Assembly (NCBI RefSeq): GCF_036321535.1
Contig: NC_087438.1
Span: 13,518,001-13,582,000 of the forward strand
Source of the DNA: Camelus dromedarius
Lineage: Eukaryota
Length of the DNA: 64,000 bases
Direction of reading: 5' to 3'
Both the position numbers and the translations under genes were made by a program. This document shows, in pieces, positions 1 to 12,125 of the stretch. The notes under the pieces are model-generated. The model did no database searches. It was not told the DNA's origin and saw only the letters and a program-made list of their open reading frames with translations. The first letter of the stretch is position 1; every line of letters starts with the position of its first letter.

Positions 1-325
1 ACTGAAGTTCTTAATAAGCACTTTTATCCCTCCACCTTGTTTTAAAATTTAAAGACTTTTGTACCTACACCAGGTTAGAAAATATCTGCATTTTTTGGAT
101 ATCTTGATTATAACTGAATTGAAAATTACCCGCTAATTGTATTCATAAAATCTTCTGTCATCAGATTTTCTTTCATCACCATTTCTTGGCTAATAACTAC
201 TGAAAGATTAGGAGTTGAACAAAAACTAAAAGAAAAGATGATAGGATAATGGTCTCAGGCTGAATAAAAATGATGACAAGGAAATCACTCAGATACCAGT
301 ACAATACAAAAATAGGTATTTTTTG

Positions 326-868
326 ACTCATGCATTTTATATCACTGCTTTTAACAAATCATTACATACTTAGCAGCTAATCAGCACACATTTATTATGA
401 GAATTGTTAGGAGTCCAGGCAGAGATTAACTGGGTCTTCTGCTCAGGATCTGACCAGGCAGAAGTCAATTTGTTGCTCAGGCCTGTGGTCTGGTTTGAAC
501 CTCAGACTTCTCTTCCAAGCTCATTCAATTGTTGGCTGAATCCAGTTCCTTGAAGCTATTAGACAGAAGTGCTGTTGTTGTCGTGTTGTAGGCTGTTGGC
601 CAGGGTTTGCTTGGTTTGCTCTCAGCAACTATAAGTTACCCTCAGGTCCTAGTTTCACAAGCCCCTTTCAAAACAAGCCCCTCTCAAAGCTAGAAGGAGG
701 ATCTCATTTGCTTCAAATCTCTCCATCTAGTCTCCTAAATTGGAGTCTCAGATGACGTAAGCTGTTCAGAAGAGTGAAATCCCATAATACAAGTTCTGTC
801 ATCAGTCCAGGGGACGAGATCAACAGGATGTACACCAGAGCACAGGAACCTTAGAAAGTTGCCTAATA
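326..868 (-). mobile_element. MaLR solo LTR (MLT1D/MLT1E-like)
   Basis: Motifs typical of the MLT1 reverse strand: 'cagcacacatttattat', 'ctgggtcttctgctcaggatctgaccaggc', 'cttccaagctcattcaattgttggctgaatccagttcctt', ending near 'cttagaaagttgccta'. Subfamily from recall. Confidence 0.75.
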
Positions 869-944
869 GAATTCAACAAACCAGTCTGAATGTCAATAAG
901 ATTTGAGTAATTAAAAACTGTATTGAACCCTCATTAATGGCCTT

Positions 945-1120
945 AGTAATTCTCAAATCTGGTGTCTATTTGAATTAAATATTAATCTTTAAAATATAAG
1001 AATTACTAGGCTCCATTCCAGCCAATTAAGTTAAAATTTCTGATAATGTAGCCAGGCTACAATATTTTTAACATTTATCCAGAGATTCTAATATTCATTC
1101 AGTGTCAAAAGCCACTTCCT
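945..1120. mobile_element. MER5A-like hAT-Charlie MITE
   Basis: 'ttctcaaatctgg...ctaggctccattccagccaattaagttaaaatttctg...agagattctaatattcattcagtgtcaaaagccact' follows the MER5A layout and is about 180 bp long. Confidence 0.55.
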
Positions 1121-1194
1121 TTAATAGAAACAGCACATGAAAATTTGTGTTAATATAGCTTATGTTATCCCCATGAATCTTAAATTTTCTTTTA

Positions 1195-1508
1195 CAGGCA
1201 GACCTTGATAAGTTGCAGGTTCAGTTCCAGACCACCGTGAGAAAGTGAATATTTCAATAAGGCAAGTCACACAAATTTGTTGGTTTCCCAGTGCATATAA
1301 AGGTTATGGGTACACCAAATTGCAGTCTAGTAAGTGTGCAATAACATTATGTCTAAAAAATTGTGCACACATTAATTAAAAAACACTTTATTTTTACAAA
1401 GTGCCAACTGCCATCTAAAACATAGAGTTCCACAAATCTTCAATTTGTAAAACACATAGTATTTGTTAAATGCAATAAAGTAAAGCTTAATCAAACAGGG
1501 TCTGCCTG
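1195..1508. mobile_element. Internally deleted Tigger1 derivative (Tc1/mariner-pogo MITE)
   Basis: Perfect 10-bp TIR, CAGGCAGACC (1195-1204) and GGTCTGCCTG (1499-1508). TA duplication at 1193-1194 and 1509-1510. Subterminal sequence 'ggttcagttccagaccacc...ggtttcccagtgcatataaa' is Tigger1-like. Confidence 0.92.
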
Positions 1509-3624
1509 TATTGAGTTTCTGCCTATCTGGAATTTAAAAGTGCTTTATCTGAGGCCAATTATCCATTTTGATCGAAAATTAGCACAAAGCCTAATATTTT
1601 TCAAGAATAAATTATATGTTTGTTGGATAAATAGCAAAGGGGTACTATTTAACTTACAGGAAGGTATTGGCATGTAGTACAAGCCAATGGAATATATAAG
1701 AAGAGGATGAATAAGAGAGAGAGGAGGAGAAAATTATTTAAATGTGTGTGCATATGTGTGTTGTAATATTAGGCACATCCAACATAAGGTAAAAGAAAAA
1801 GAATAAGAAAATCGAAAGAATGAAATGACTAATGACCAGCTTTAATAGATGTGGACAATGACATTTTGAGAAGGTAAACACATGCTCTGATCTTGCAACA
1901 AATGAAGTGTAGAAGGGTAGTGAAACTTAAAGTCTTTTCTATTGTAAAGCCTGGGGGTCGTGATGCTTACCCGAGCCCTTCACCAATCTTACGTTATCTG
2001 GGAAATTATTTTCTGGTTTTCCACAACCCTTAGGTATGGTTTGTTCTTTACTGCCCTGTTTCTATTACTAGGTACAATTTTATGGAGAAAAGAAAAACAA
2101 CTAATTTTACTCTTCTGCTGAAGACTTGGTAGTATTAATGAAATGATGTATTTGGAGTGTGGATTTTAAATAGTCTGAGTCCATGAATGGAAAGCAGAAG
2201 ACATAAATTTTTAATATTTCAGAAAATATTACATTTTATGTTTTAGGAAATACAGCATTTTATATTTCAGGGCATATAACAGGGAAATGAAAGTAGCTAT
2301 AAAAAGCATCCACAGGTTGATATATAAGTTCCAGGAGATTTTACTGCAGAATTTATCAATTCAAATTCTACACAAACTGAACAAACTGGTATCACAATAG
2401 GTGTGGGTGTGGTGGGTGGTAATTATTTTTCACATATAGATATGCTGTTCTGCCTTTCTGTTAGCTGATTGATACTCGGATTGGGGTATATCTTTTTATT
2501 GCCTCCCTATAATCAGTTCCTTAAATCGAGCTGCCTCATAATAAAAGGTATATAAGAAAATTGTAGCTCCAAGTCTGAAATAAAATTCTGAAGTGACTGT
2601 CCCAGAATGTCCTGCCTTTTAGTTTTGGATGCATGAAAATAGGATGCTGAGTAATTTGGAGAATGAGGGGGAGCCTCAAGTCTGAGAATGGCTTCTGTTC
2701 ATAATAGTAAACATACATGCTTGTTTTGGGGATTACCAACTAGAAAATGTTTCTAGCAAAATATCTGAAACACAGTAGGCACGCCATAAGTGAAAGCCAT
2801 CTTTACAATTTAAAACTATCCATCCTAAACTGTTTTAAGACGTTCAAGATATTCATTTCATAGGTCATATAATTTACACATAATTTTATCGTGTTTAGGG
2901 CTAGTTGGAAATTGTCTCAAGAGACTTGAATGTGACTGGCAAATATAAAGAAGACATCAGTACAATGCAAAAATTGCACTGATTAATAGGTTATTTTTCC
3001 CAATTCACTAATGTTTTGCAACATTAAGTAACATCAGGTGGATGTGGAGTACAACAATTGAATTAAACAAGAAACAGCAGAATACAGTCATTTGTATATC
3101 CATTCACCTTGAATTTCTTATATGGAGCCCACAATAACCTTGAGCTTTGCTTTAGAAATGCTTATGGCATGCATTGACCCAATCTTTGTGCATTTTGTGC
3201 TTTTGTGTCTCAGAATTGAGAAATCTCAAGTGGTTTTACCTGTTCTTTAAGTGTAATGTCCTTTATGTATCATGGTGCTTATTTATTTATTAGGAAATTA
3301 ACATGTTAGAAGGTTTTTGCTATGAATTTTATTAGGGCTTTTGTTTTTCTTACTATTCTGTTTACAAATTTGCATTTATTCTTCAGTGATCTTTCCCTAA
3401 ACCAAATTTCCCCCATAAACCCTGCTGTTTCTAGAGCAAATTGTGCTGAATGCAACGTTTATAGAAACATTTACCTTGCATTCTACTGGAAATGTTTCTA
3501 TTCAATTTCCTATTAAATATTGGATAATTATGGATTAGAAAACACATTGTCACATTATGATGAAGCAAATACACATCAAAATGTGTGAGCGTTTATAATT
3601 TACATGTGTTTGCAACTTTACAGT

Positions 3625-3800
3625 TCATCTAATTCACCTAATAAATATTTGTCAGAGTTTAATTTGTGCCAGTCTCTGTATTACGTGGCAAGATTAAAAT
3701 TTTGCAAAAAGAGATTAGATTTAACCCTGCCCTTGTGAAGTCTATCTTCTAGCTGAAGAGACAGAGATAGGAAACGACAATACAGCAAGGTGATGTTAGG
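3625..3800 (-). mobile_element. L2 3' end fragment
   Basis: 'aattcacctaataaatatttg...tttgtgccag...ccctgcccttgtgaagtctatcttctag' is the typical L2 terminus in reverse orientation. Confidence 0.6.
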
Positions 3801-3849
3801 AGTTGTGCAATGTGTTTAATGAGGCTTAAGAGAATGATGCTATTATGAT

Positions 3850-4329
3850 TTCTGAACTAAAAATAATAAACTCACAGTAGCTAGTTTTATTAGAAAGGAC
3901 ATTTATTAAATGGCATTAGGTCCCTTGCAAATTTTCAAGGAAATCCCAGAGAATCAAGTTTGGCGGCTACACAACAAGGAGTGTTGCTTAAATTGCATCA
4001 TAACTACTGTTACAGTGAAGACTCTTCATTGTTTCTTCTGAGCACTGACATCGTTCAGTGTGGGGACTGAAAATGGTAACACTGCTGCTCTATTCTTCAG
4101 AATAAAATTAGTGGGAGACTTGGTCCTATAAGACACTAGTTTCTGAATAGAAGTTCTAGAAAGAAGTACTAAGGGAGGTATTTGACATTATGTGCCAGAG
4201 CCGTAGCTAAATATTAGAGAAGTGACATCCTGGTTTCTATTTTTGAGAGTTAATGGGGTCTCAGAAGCTAAGCTTTGCCAAAACAGAGGACAAGTATATA
4301 TAATTGATGGTCTATCAATTATACTGACA
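3850..4329 (-). mobile_element. Old ERV-L-class LTR (LTR41/LTR33-like)
   Basis: Minus-strand AATAAA ('tttatt' at 3902-3907). Body resembles the LTR41 type. On the minus strand a purine-rich tract (rc of 'ccaaccctctccacccctc') precedes a TGT start. Confidence 0.4.
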
Positions 4330-4699
4330 ATTATCCAACCCTCTCCACCCCTCAGCTTGCATAACATCTCACCTAAACAGACACAAGACTGCAGCAATGG
4401 CAACAAAGCCATGAGAACAACAGAGAGAGTGTTCTTAGTGAACGAAGAGTTAACCATTCCTGAGAATATGATGGCATGCTTATATTGTGCCCCCCCCAAA
4501 AAAGAGAAATCAAGAGAATACATAAATATGTACATTACACAGGCAAGAAAATAACGCCTTTAATAAGCACCTCAGCATCCAGGTGGCGATGTCAGACCAG
4601 GACCTCTCCCTTGCCCCTCTCTCAGTGGCACATGTCTCATTCAAGGTATAGCAAGTTTCAGCAGGTTCTGATTGCTTCAGGACAACAGGATCCCGATGG

Positions 4700-6200
4700 A
4701 GACTGAGTAGCTCTCCCTCACACAGCGGAGGAAAGTGGTTCACCCGTCCCAGTGGGGCGTCTCATTGCAAATTCAGTAGATAGCACCTTTCCCAGGCATG
4801 TTGGGGCGTGGTGTTCTCAGCAGGAAGCACAACACCAAGGTCCATGGCGACAGTTGAGGCAATGGCCGTCTCCCATGACTTCCATTCCTTTACGGTGTTA
4901 GGTGTTTTATCAGGGATCCCTAGTCTGGCATATGGGGCCAGAGGCCCTACTGATTGTTCAAATGTATTAAAGTCTGGGAGAAGTACATTAATTTACCTGG
5001 CCAAGGAGATTTTATCTGTTTGTAATTTAATCTGCTGCTTTAATATTCCATTTTTCCTTTCTATCAACGTCATGATCTTTTGCCTAGTCCGGTACATCAT
5101 GACCTTTGAAATATGACCACCCTCCAATTACTGCTATTTGATGAGTGTATTCATACATGGTACTCAGTTTCTATAATCCCATAATGGCAACAGCCTGGTT
5201 TGCTTAGTGACAGGGGAAAACTTGGGTTAAACCAGACATGATGTCCACACAAACATATTTAGGCATATTTACAACCCTCATTTGGAGGGAGAGGGCCAGT
5301 GTAACCCATTTGCCAGTCCCTCCCTGATTGAGAACTTCAATGGATGGCCTCATTGGTGTTCACCTTGGACATTGTTCAGAACACACAGGACATGATGTAG
5401 CTGCATTAACAGAATCACTCTATTTAAAGAGCGATCCTACATCCTTAGCAATACATCATCCCACTGAGGGACTATGAAGACTGCTCTTCCTGCGCACCTA
5501 GTCTGCTGTATCCACTGAAGGATCAGTTGCCAGGGCTCATCCCCAAGCAATGTCATATGGCATCAGCTTCCTATTTATCTGGAGGTGTCAGTGCCTTATG
5601 AGCCAGGAAGTGGAAGGCAGTGAGGACTCTCTTACAGGAAAACCCAAATATAGGGTCTTTCCACATAGCCCAACCTCATGAGGGCTTCTTCGTAATCACC
5701 CACTCCTCGGCTTCCCATTTTCCAAGCCATGGGGTTAATCACATTAGAGCAGCCCAACTGTCAGTGCAAAGGGTTAATGGTCAGGGCTCATGATTTTTCA
5801 CCGACCAAACTCTCTGGCCTTTAGCCCACTGGCTGCTGTGGTTTCTTCCTGTTTCCATCCAGATGGCAGCAGTGTTGGACTGAATAATGATTGCAGTTCA
5901 TGTGGATGGGCCAGACGCATCTGCACATCATGCATCCATGAAAATTTTCTCCCATTCCCTCCAGGCCACAGGGACTGCCAAAGGAGTGGAGATGGGGGAA
6001 CTGGGAGGGTCTACACATTCTAAGAGGCCTGGTTACAGCCATATTTCTAGAGACAGTGGGCTGGTGGACAGGGTGCTCTCCTGCTGTTAACTAGGCAGGT
6101 CACTTATTCAAGGTGGAAGTTTGAGCCACTGCAGAGGTGGGTTAATGGAGAGTATTCTCAACATATCCTTGATAAGGGGGATGTTCTTACCCTGACACGC
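4700..6200 (-). pseudogene. pol: Class III ERV (ERV3-16A3/HERV16-like) pol remnant: RNase H and integrase
   Basis: Minus-strand translation gives RNase H-like 'NHSSQWAKGQRVW...PLTLCTDSWAAL..LTPWLGKWEAEEW' (about 5690-5850). It also gives integrase-like 'WQMGYTGPLP' (about 5290-5315), 'CVDIMSGLTQVFPC' and 'IERKNGILKQQIK' (about 5025-5065). Multiple stops and frameshifts. Confidence 0.8.
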
Positions 6201-7057
6201 TGTTCCTTCCTTTTCAACTACTATGGTATTGTGTAAGGGATGAGAGTATCTCATGGTTTTTACACAGTAATCTCCATAGGATCTGGATATCTTCTTTCTC
6301 CAGTGAATTGTTTCCCTCAGGAATATTCTGAATGCATATTATCTATTAATAAGATATTCAGTGCATAGTTTTAATGTTGTTGGAAGATATTTTCTCAAAG
6401 ATTCCCAGTTCTCCCTTTCTTCCAATGACTCAGAGTCTGAGAATTGAGCTGGGTCTGGAAAGTGAAAGGTCATTGTCTTTTTCAAGGCAAATTAAATCTA
6501 TGCCAGTGTTGTTTCCTTATTAAACAGATCAAGTAATATCTTGCAGGTTGCTTCATTTATAAACTAGGGACCTAACAATGGATTATCCACCACCAAAGAG
6601 CTCAGCAGTGGTCAACCTGAATACAGACACCATATTCACCTTGTCTCTGAAGGCTAACAGCTGTCACCTGGCCTCAGCAGCCCCCAATTCCCTTATCTTT
6701 ACAGAAATAAGAAATCTTGTTTCAACTGCAATATATTTTACCTACAGAGAACAACCATGGTGGCACATTACAAAGATGCTGTCACTCCTCTGGCCAACAA
6801 ATTTATCAACTATAAGGTTAAAATGGTACCTTCTGGACCTGTTTAAGAGATACATTAAGGGGTTAGGTAATATTACTATTTCCCTAAGTCTTTAGATGCT
6901 TCATTCTCCTCTCAGCAAGTAATTTCTGTCTTTCAGCTTCATTTATAGGAGACCACAGTTGCGTAGAGATTTCAGTTAATCAACCAAGCAAACAAGTAGA
7001 ACATCTGTCTGTGTATTGAACTAGCGGATTGCAATCACAATCTTTGGTAAGTGTGCT
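6200..7057 (-). mobile_element. Probable 5' internal (gag/leader) remnant of the same class III ERV
   Basis: Lies between the pol remnant and an LTR16-like end in the same orientation. No clear motif recovered. Confidence 0.35.
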
Positions 7058-7230
7058 TGTGTTAGCCAAATTCTCTAGAAGCAGATTCTGAGATGGGAAC
7101 TTATAAATATTTGATTTATTAATGGAATGTTACAGCAAAAATTGATAATGAAGTGAAGGAAGCAGGATAAGAAAGACGAAGAAGCTATAAAAATGTAGTC
7201 TCAAATAAAATTTAGAACAGTTATATACGT
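7058..7230 (-). mobile_element. LTR16-like LTR, 3' part
   Basis: 'tgtgttagccaaattctctagaagcagattctgagatggg...tttatt...gtgaaggaagcaggataag' matches the LTR16 reverse-strand start as recalled. Confidence 0.6.
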
Positions 7231-8560
7231 AACTTACTGACGAGCGTCTCGTACATCTGTGCAAATGTAGAGATTACGGGGCTCAGTTTCACGGTTACTG
7301 GCAGTTCAGACATTCAAGAGCACTAGTAGCTGGATCAGCCTTATTGATCAGCACACTGATGGGCGTTGGCATTGACTTGACCTTGGCCACCTGTGTACTT
7401 TATTGCACAGTCTGTAAGGTGACCAAGGGAAGAGAACTATAAGCCTTGGCCAAAACACTCTGTCCATTTGTTTTTCTGGGTTTTTTTTGTGTGTTTGTTT
7501 TGCTTTGTTTTTGTGCTTTTTCTATAGTCAATGCTTTCTGGCATGTATTAATGTGCAACACAAAAACATATACAATTTCATTAGTCTGTCTATATAATTG
7601 TTTCCCGAACATCTGGTCTACAATTGTAAGTCTGACTTCTCCCAGGTTCTTAACCAGTGAAGCCATTTGTAAATTCATGTGAATCCACTGTGCATCCTAA
7701 ACTCAGGACACTTTCTCTCCACAGCAAGTAAGCGACCAGGTGTAGTGCCAAAAGCGCCAAGCACTAGAGAACAACCTGCCTCCAGTGGCTCTTAAGACCA
7801 CATCCATGTCTATCAGTAGCACAGCAGCGGATCCTTTTCAGCCCACAACAACCTGCCAAGTTAATGCATTTACAGACCAAGTCTAAAATGTTCGTTCTAC
7901 ACTCAGCTTATGTAAGAAATATTTCATGAGGCTATAGGTATGAAAACAGTGTTGATACAACAGTGACGAGTGAGTATTTGAACTACCTGTTTATACAGCT
8001 TACACATGCAGGGTACCAAATGTGTGACTTTCATCTTATGATGGATACTGCCACGCCAACTCAACAGCTCAGTGTTGTAGTGAATCTGAAAAGATGTAGC
8101 AAATGAGGGGAAGCTTGACTTGCAAGGTCATTTGCAAACCATGGCCAGGAGCTCAGTCTCTACCAAGCCTTACTAGCATGACAGGAGCTGCTTTTGAATA
8201 TTGTATCATTATCTGTTGCAAATGGTTACAGAATCCTATAGCTTAGCAATAAAATTCTTTTTTTTTTTTTTTTTTTTGGCTTGCCAGAGACACTACACAA
8301 AAAGTTTATCTACCATGGATACTTCCATTACTATAGTATCTGATAAATCTTATGGCTAAAGTGATATTTTGCTTGCACTTGATTGGATTCCACTGGAAAT
8401 CTAGAGACATTCACATCACTTAATAAAAGAATACGGGAGTATTTCCAAATGCAGAATTATACTATCTCCAAACTGCAGAAGTTGAGATGTGTGTCCTTAC
8501 TTTTTAGTGGTAAGGCATTTAATAACAGTTACTTTATCTTGGAGGAGCTATCCGAGTGCC
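7230..8560 (-). pseudogene. pol: ERV-L/MaLR-type internal pol remnant (RT connection and RNase H)
   Basis: Minus-strand peptides resemble ERV-L pol. 'DTIVMEVSMVDKLFV*CLWQA' ~ DPMVLEVSVADRDAVWSLWQA; 'KQLLSC**GLVETELLAM' ~ KQLLACYWALVETERLTM; 'ALHLVAYLLWRE' ~ AVHLVVHFAWKE; 'VDSHEFTNGFTG' ~ TDSWAVANGLAG; 'VYVFVLHINTCQKALTIEKA' ~ VKIFVSHVNAHQ. Includes ORF 7400-7678. Confidence 0.75.
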
Positions 8561-8770
8561 CTCAAGAATACTGTAATGCTAAAATGCTCCCTACTCCATC
8601 AGGGGGCCAGAACTTTCTATCCAGCTCACAGTATGTCATTGGCTAAGGCCTGAGAGATGAAGGATTCTAACTCCCAAAGGACTCTAGACAGCATGGTTTG
8701 AATTGCCCAAGGGCAACATTTCTGAGAAGTGTGCCGATTTTATTCATCAACATAGGGTGTCTGCTGCAGC
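8560..8770 (-). mobile_element. LTR16-like LTR, middle/5' part
   Basis: 'cagtatgtcattggctaaggc...taactcccaaaggg...gcccaagggcaacatttctgagaag' matches the LTR16 body. Confidence 0.55.
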
Positions 8771-9053
8771 ATTAAAATCAATATTTAGTCTAAATAATCT
8801 AAAATTAAGGTTTTCTTTCTGATTATGTTTACTGGAAATTAATACATTTCACACATACAGTTCATGGTATGTTTTTAGCAAACACACACACACACATACA
8901 TATAAATATAGATAAGGAAATCTCTCAATTATTCTTTTTGTGAATAAGCAGTCTTTTCCTGAGTTTGACTTTGCAATTACAATTAGTCCCCACGGGTAAG
9001 TTCTGGTCTTGCTCTTATTATAGGTTTAGAGAAAATGAGACACTAAGGGGAGG

Positions 9054-9888
9054 TGAAATTAAGATATTTGGATTCTCCTTGCGAGTCAGCCGCCTCGGGT
9101 GTGGTGAGGTCAGCATTCTAAAACAACGCAGACATGGCTTTATCAAACGGCTAAAAGGATGATCACACAGGACTACTTTGGCTGACAAAATATGATCGGC
9201 TGGGTTCCTGGACTTGATTCTCATAAATCTTTTGCCTATGACCCCTGTTCACTGTTCAAGTCTTATGATACGACTGATATGACTTACTATGGGAGCCCAT
9301 GATTGGGTTAACACATTGTAACAGACCCTAGCCGCTTATCTCCTTAAAGAAGATGTGCTTAGTAACTGCCTTGCTTGCATAGTTGAGGTTTTAGCAACGA
9401 CCCAGGCCCTCGGCTATAAAAGACTGCTGTTAGACAGTCGTCTATCCCCAAAACAGCCTTGGGCTGGAGTGGTAAACAACTTATAAAAAGCTGCAGACTC
9501 AGAGGTGAGAAGGCTGGTTAGCCAATGACGGGTAAGATCCCCTGAGGGGGCAACCTGAGACAGGCACAGCCGCCTGAGTCCAAGTTGCTAAGCAGCTGAT
9601 TTTCGTACTTCCTCCCTGATAAGCTGAAAGGCTCAACACGATTGTGATTCACCAAAAAGGGTCTTCTGACCTTGAGCCAAACACCAACAATAAACAAAGC
9701 CCTTGTACTCATTGTGATCCCACCCTGTCCTTCCCTAAGTTCCTGCTTCGACTGTACACAATAAATATGGGAGCATTTGAGAGGTTCGTTGAGTTGGCTC
9801 CCGACTCCCTCTCCCTCTCTTGACTTTTCCCCAGAGTCTTGAGCAATTCATTCCATCTCGGTGGGAATTCTGCTGGCCAGAACCCACA
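9054..9888 (+). mobile_element. CpG-rich, probably young ERV LTR
   Basis: TG (9054) to CA (9888). CCAAT box in 'ttagccaatgacgggtaag' (about 9522) and AATAAA at 9760-9765. About 19 CpGs by hand count against a depleted background. Boundaries inferred. Confidence 0.7.
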
Positions 9889-10559
9889 ACTGGTGACGAA
9901 CCCATAACTTACCTTTCATGGAGTAACTCCAGTGAGACTGGGAAAGAAACTGATTTAATTTGGCAGCCCAAAAAAGCAAGTCCACAACGTGAATTTTGGC
10001 TTTTGAACACTGTATCTGGGAGAGAGAAGATTCTTTCAGGAGAGAGATAGGCTCTTTGCCTTTGACTTTATTTTCATATGAGAATTCAGGACTTTTCTTT
10101 CTCATTATTTAACTTATCTGTATACTTAGAAAGGATGAAATCAACTCTGTAGTTTTTAATACTTTATATCCTTGATACTATTCCTTATCAATTGATATTA
10201 TGTTCCCAAAATCTTGCCTTCATTTTGCTCATCTTTCTAAATGCTGTATGTGATAATGTAACTGCTTAATTCTGTATGAGATGTGTCCATAATGTGCTCT
10301 TCTGTAATGAAAGCATGATTTTCTTTGCATCACAACCAAGCAGGTCCAAAAATTCTCCATTTGCTTTTTTTTGGGGGGTGGTCTTTTACCTGCAGCATTC
10401 TTGGTACTAGTTTACTTATCAGTCACCGTTCTTTACTGAAAGCAATATAAATTATCCCATACAAATTAAACAAAAATTTATTTTTAAATGTCCGTATTTA
10501 GTGAATTTCTACATTGTCTTGAAAATAAAAATTGAATGCTAGAGAGTTTAAAAAAAAAT

Positions 10560-10940
10560 TACATATCCCAAATTACACCATGGGCTGTTCGGCTGGTGAC
10601 ACATTTCTGTTGTCAGGGAACATGGATGTTAAAACACCATTACTCATACTGGACTCTGGATCCTGCCACTAATATTGCTGCCACTGCTGACTCTGAAAGC
10701 TGAATAACCCTCCTGCTACCCCATCAGGATAAAATCTCTATACGGCCTATTTTACAGGTTTGCTAACTTCTAAATTAGGTATATCTGACTGGCATAGTTA
10801 CACAAGAGGCTGGGGAAAAAATGAATTACAGGCCCTGGTCACGCAAAATTATACACTCATAAGATGAAATTTTCCAAAATATAAGGAAGGTGCTCAAAAA
10901 TGCTTATTGACCAAAGAGCGTGTCAAATGGCCAATACGTT
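10560..10940 (-). mobile_element. Old ERV-L-class LTR fragment (LTR41-like)
   Basis: 'cccaaattacaccatgggctg...ctggactctggatcctgccactaatattgctgccactgctg...atctgactggc...aagaggctgggga' resembles LTR41-type LTRs and parallels 3850-4329. Confidence 0.4.
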
Positions 10941-11266
10941 AAAAAATCTAAAAGATGAATCTATCAAAGGAAATTCTCATTTGTATTTAAGTACAATACA
11001 AGGCAGAGCTTATAAGAAAAAGGAAATAGTATATAAGAAGAGATAAAATGAAAGTAGGACGGAGTAGCAGGAATATAGACGTACAAGGAATAACTATAGT
11101 GGGGCCAGTTCGGGGAGGGCACCCAGAACAAAGGGTCAGACCAGACAAGAAGCAACCAGGAACTACATCACACAAGACTTTACGAGCCTCATTAAGGCAA
11201 CGGACTCCACGGGCTGGGAAATGCCAGGAACTATGAGATGCCTGAAATTGTACCCCACTTGGAATC

Positions 11267-11736
11267 TGTCAAGCTTCAGGGGTGCCAATTTCACGGATGC
11301 TTATATAAAACACAGAATTTCTGAAAGAGACATGAGGGACTATTTACCATTCACAGCAGTGACAGTAGTCAGAGTTACCACCATTTCCGTGCCAGTTCCC
11401 TAAGTGTGAATTCCCATAGGACTATGTAAAGAAGTCCAGATGGCACCTGTCCATGCAGTGTCATGAATTACGGGAGGGAAATGCTGAGTTTAGGGTGCCA
11501 AAATGTTTTATTTTGGGAGTAAGCTTGCTTGCTTTTACTCCAGAGGAAGGTATTGTCTTTATTTTAGTAGTATGCCTGTTTTTTGCTCCAGAAGAGGACG
11601 TTATCTTTACCTGCAAAGTTTATTCACCACTCAGATATATCTGAAAAGAGCACAAGACAAAAGGCAGCCCATACATCTAGCTGGAAGGCATGGGGAAATG
11701 TGGAAGGGCCAGGGAGAATTTCTAAGTATTTCCACA
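11267..11736 (-). mobile_element. Solo LTR (MER70/MER76-like)
   Basis: Minus strand starts 'TGTGGAAATACTTAGAAATTCTCCCTGG', contains 'ctggagcaaa' and 'ctggagtaaa' repeats, and ends '...cttgaCA'. Confidence 0.6.
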
Positions 11737-12125
11737 TGAAAATATTGGATCGATAAATCTCCTTTTTCTTCATCTTTTCCCCCCTAAATTTCCTGTGAAG
11801 AATGACTTAAGGACACCTTTCTTGAATAAAGTAAATGAGAGTACTGGAGAACAATTTTAAAAAGAAGGGGAAGTTATACATTGGTTAAGAAAAAGGAAGT
11901 GCAGAGCTACATAGAAATGAAAGTATAAAGAAAATTACAACTTAATATTTTATCTCAACATATGATTGTGTGTGTAATTACAGAAATAAGATCTTTACAT
12001 ATACTCTTCACGTACAAGTACTGATAAGTACTAATATTAAAAATGCAAAGACCTATTCATATTAGGTTAAAAAGTAACACACACACACTGGCAAATACAT
12101 AGCACAGACCCTGCAGATTTGTAAA

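Noticed and set aside
1970..2056. Minus-strand exon candidate with a GTAAGC donor and an open frame (GSKEQTIPKGCGKPENNFPDNVRLVKGS)
   Set aside because: The only acceptor that keeps the frame open lacks an adjacent pyrimidine tract, and the peptide is not recognisable.
7400..7678. 92-aa minus-strand ORF, first considered as a transposase or a non-retroviral viral insert
   Set aside because: It resolves to a frameshifted ERV-L RNase H remnant that runs into a T-rich low-complexity tract.
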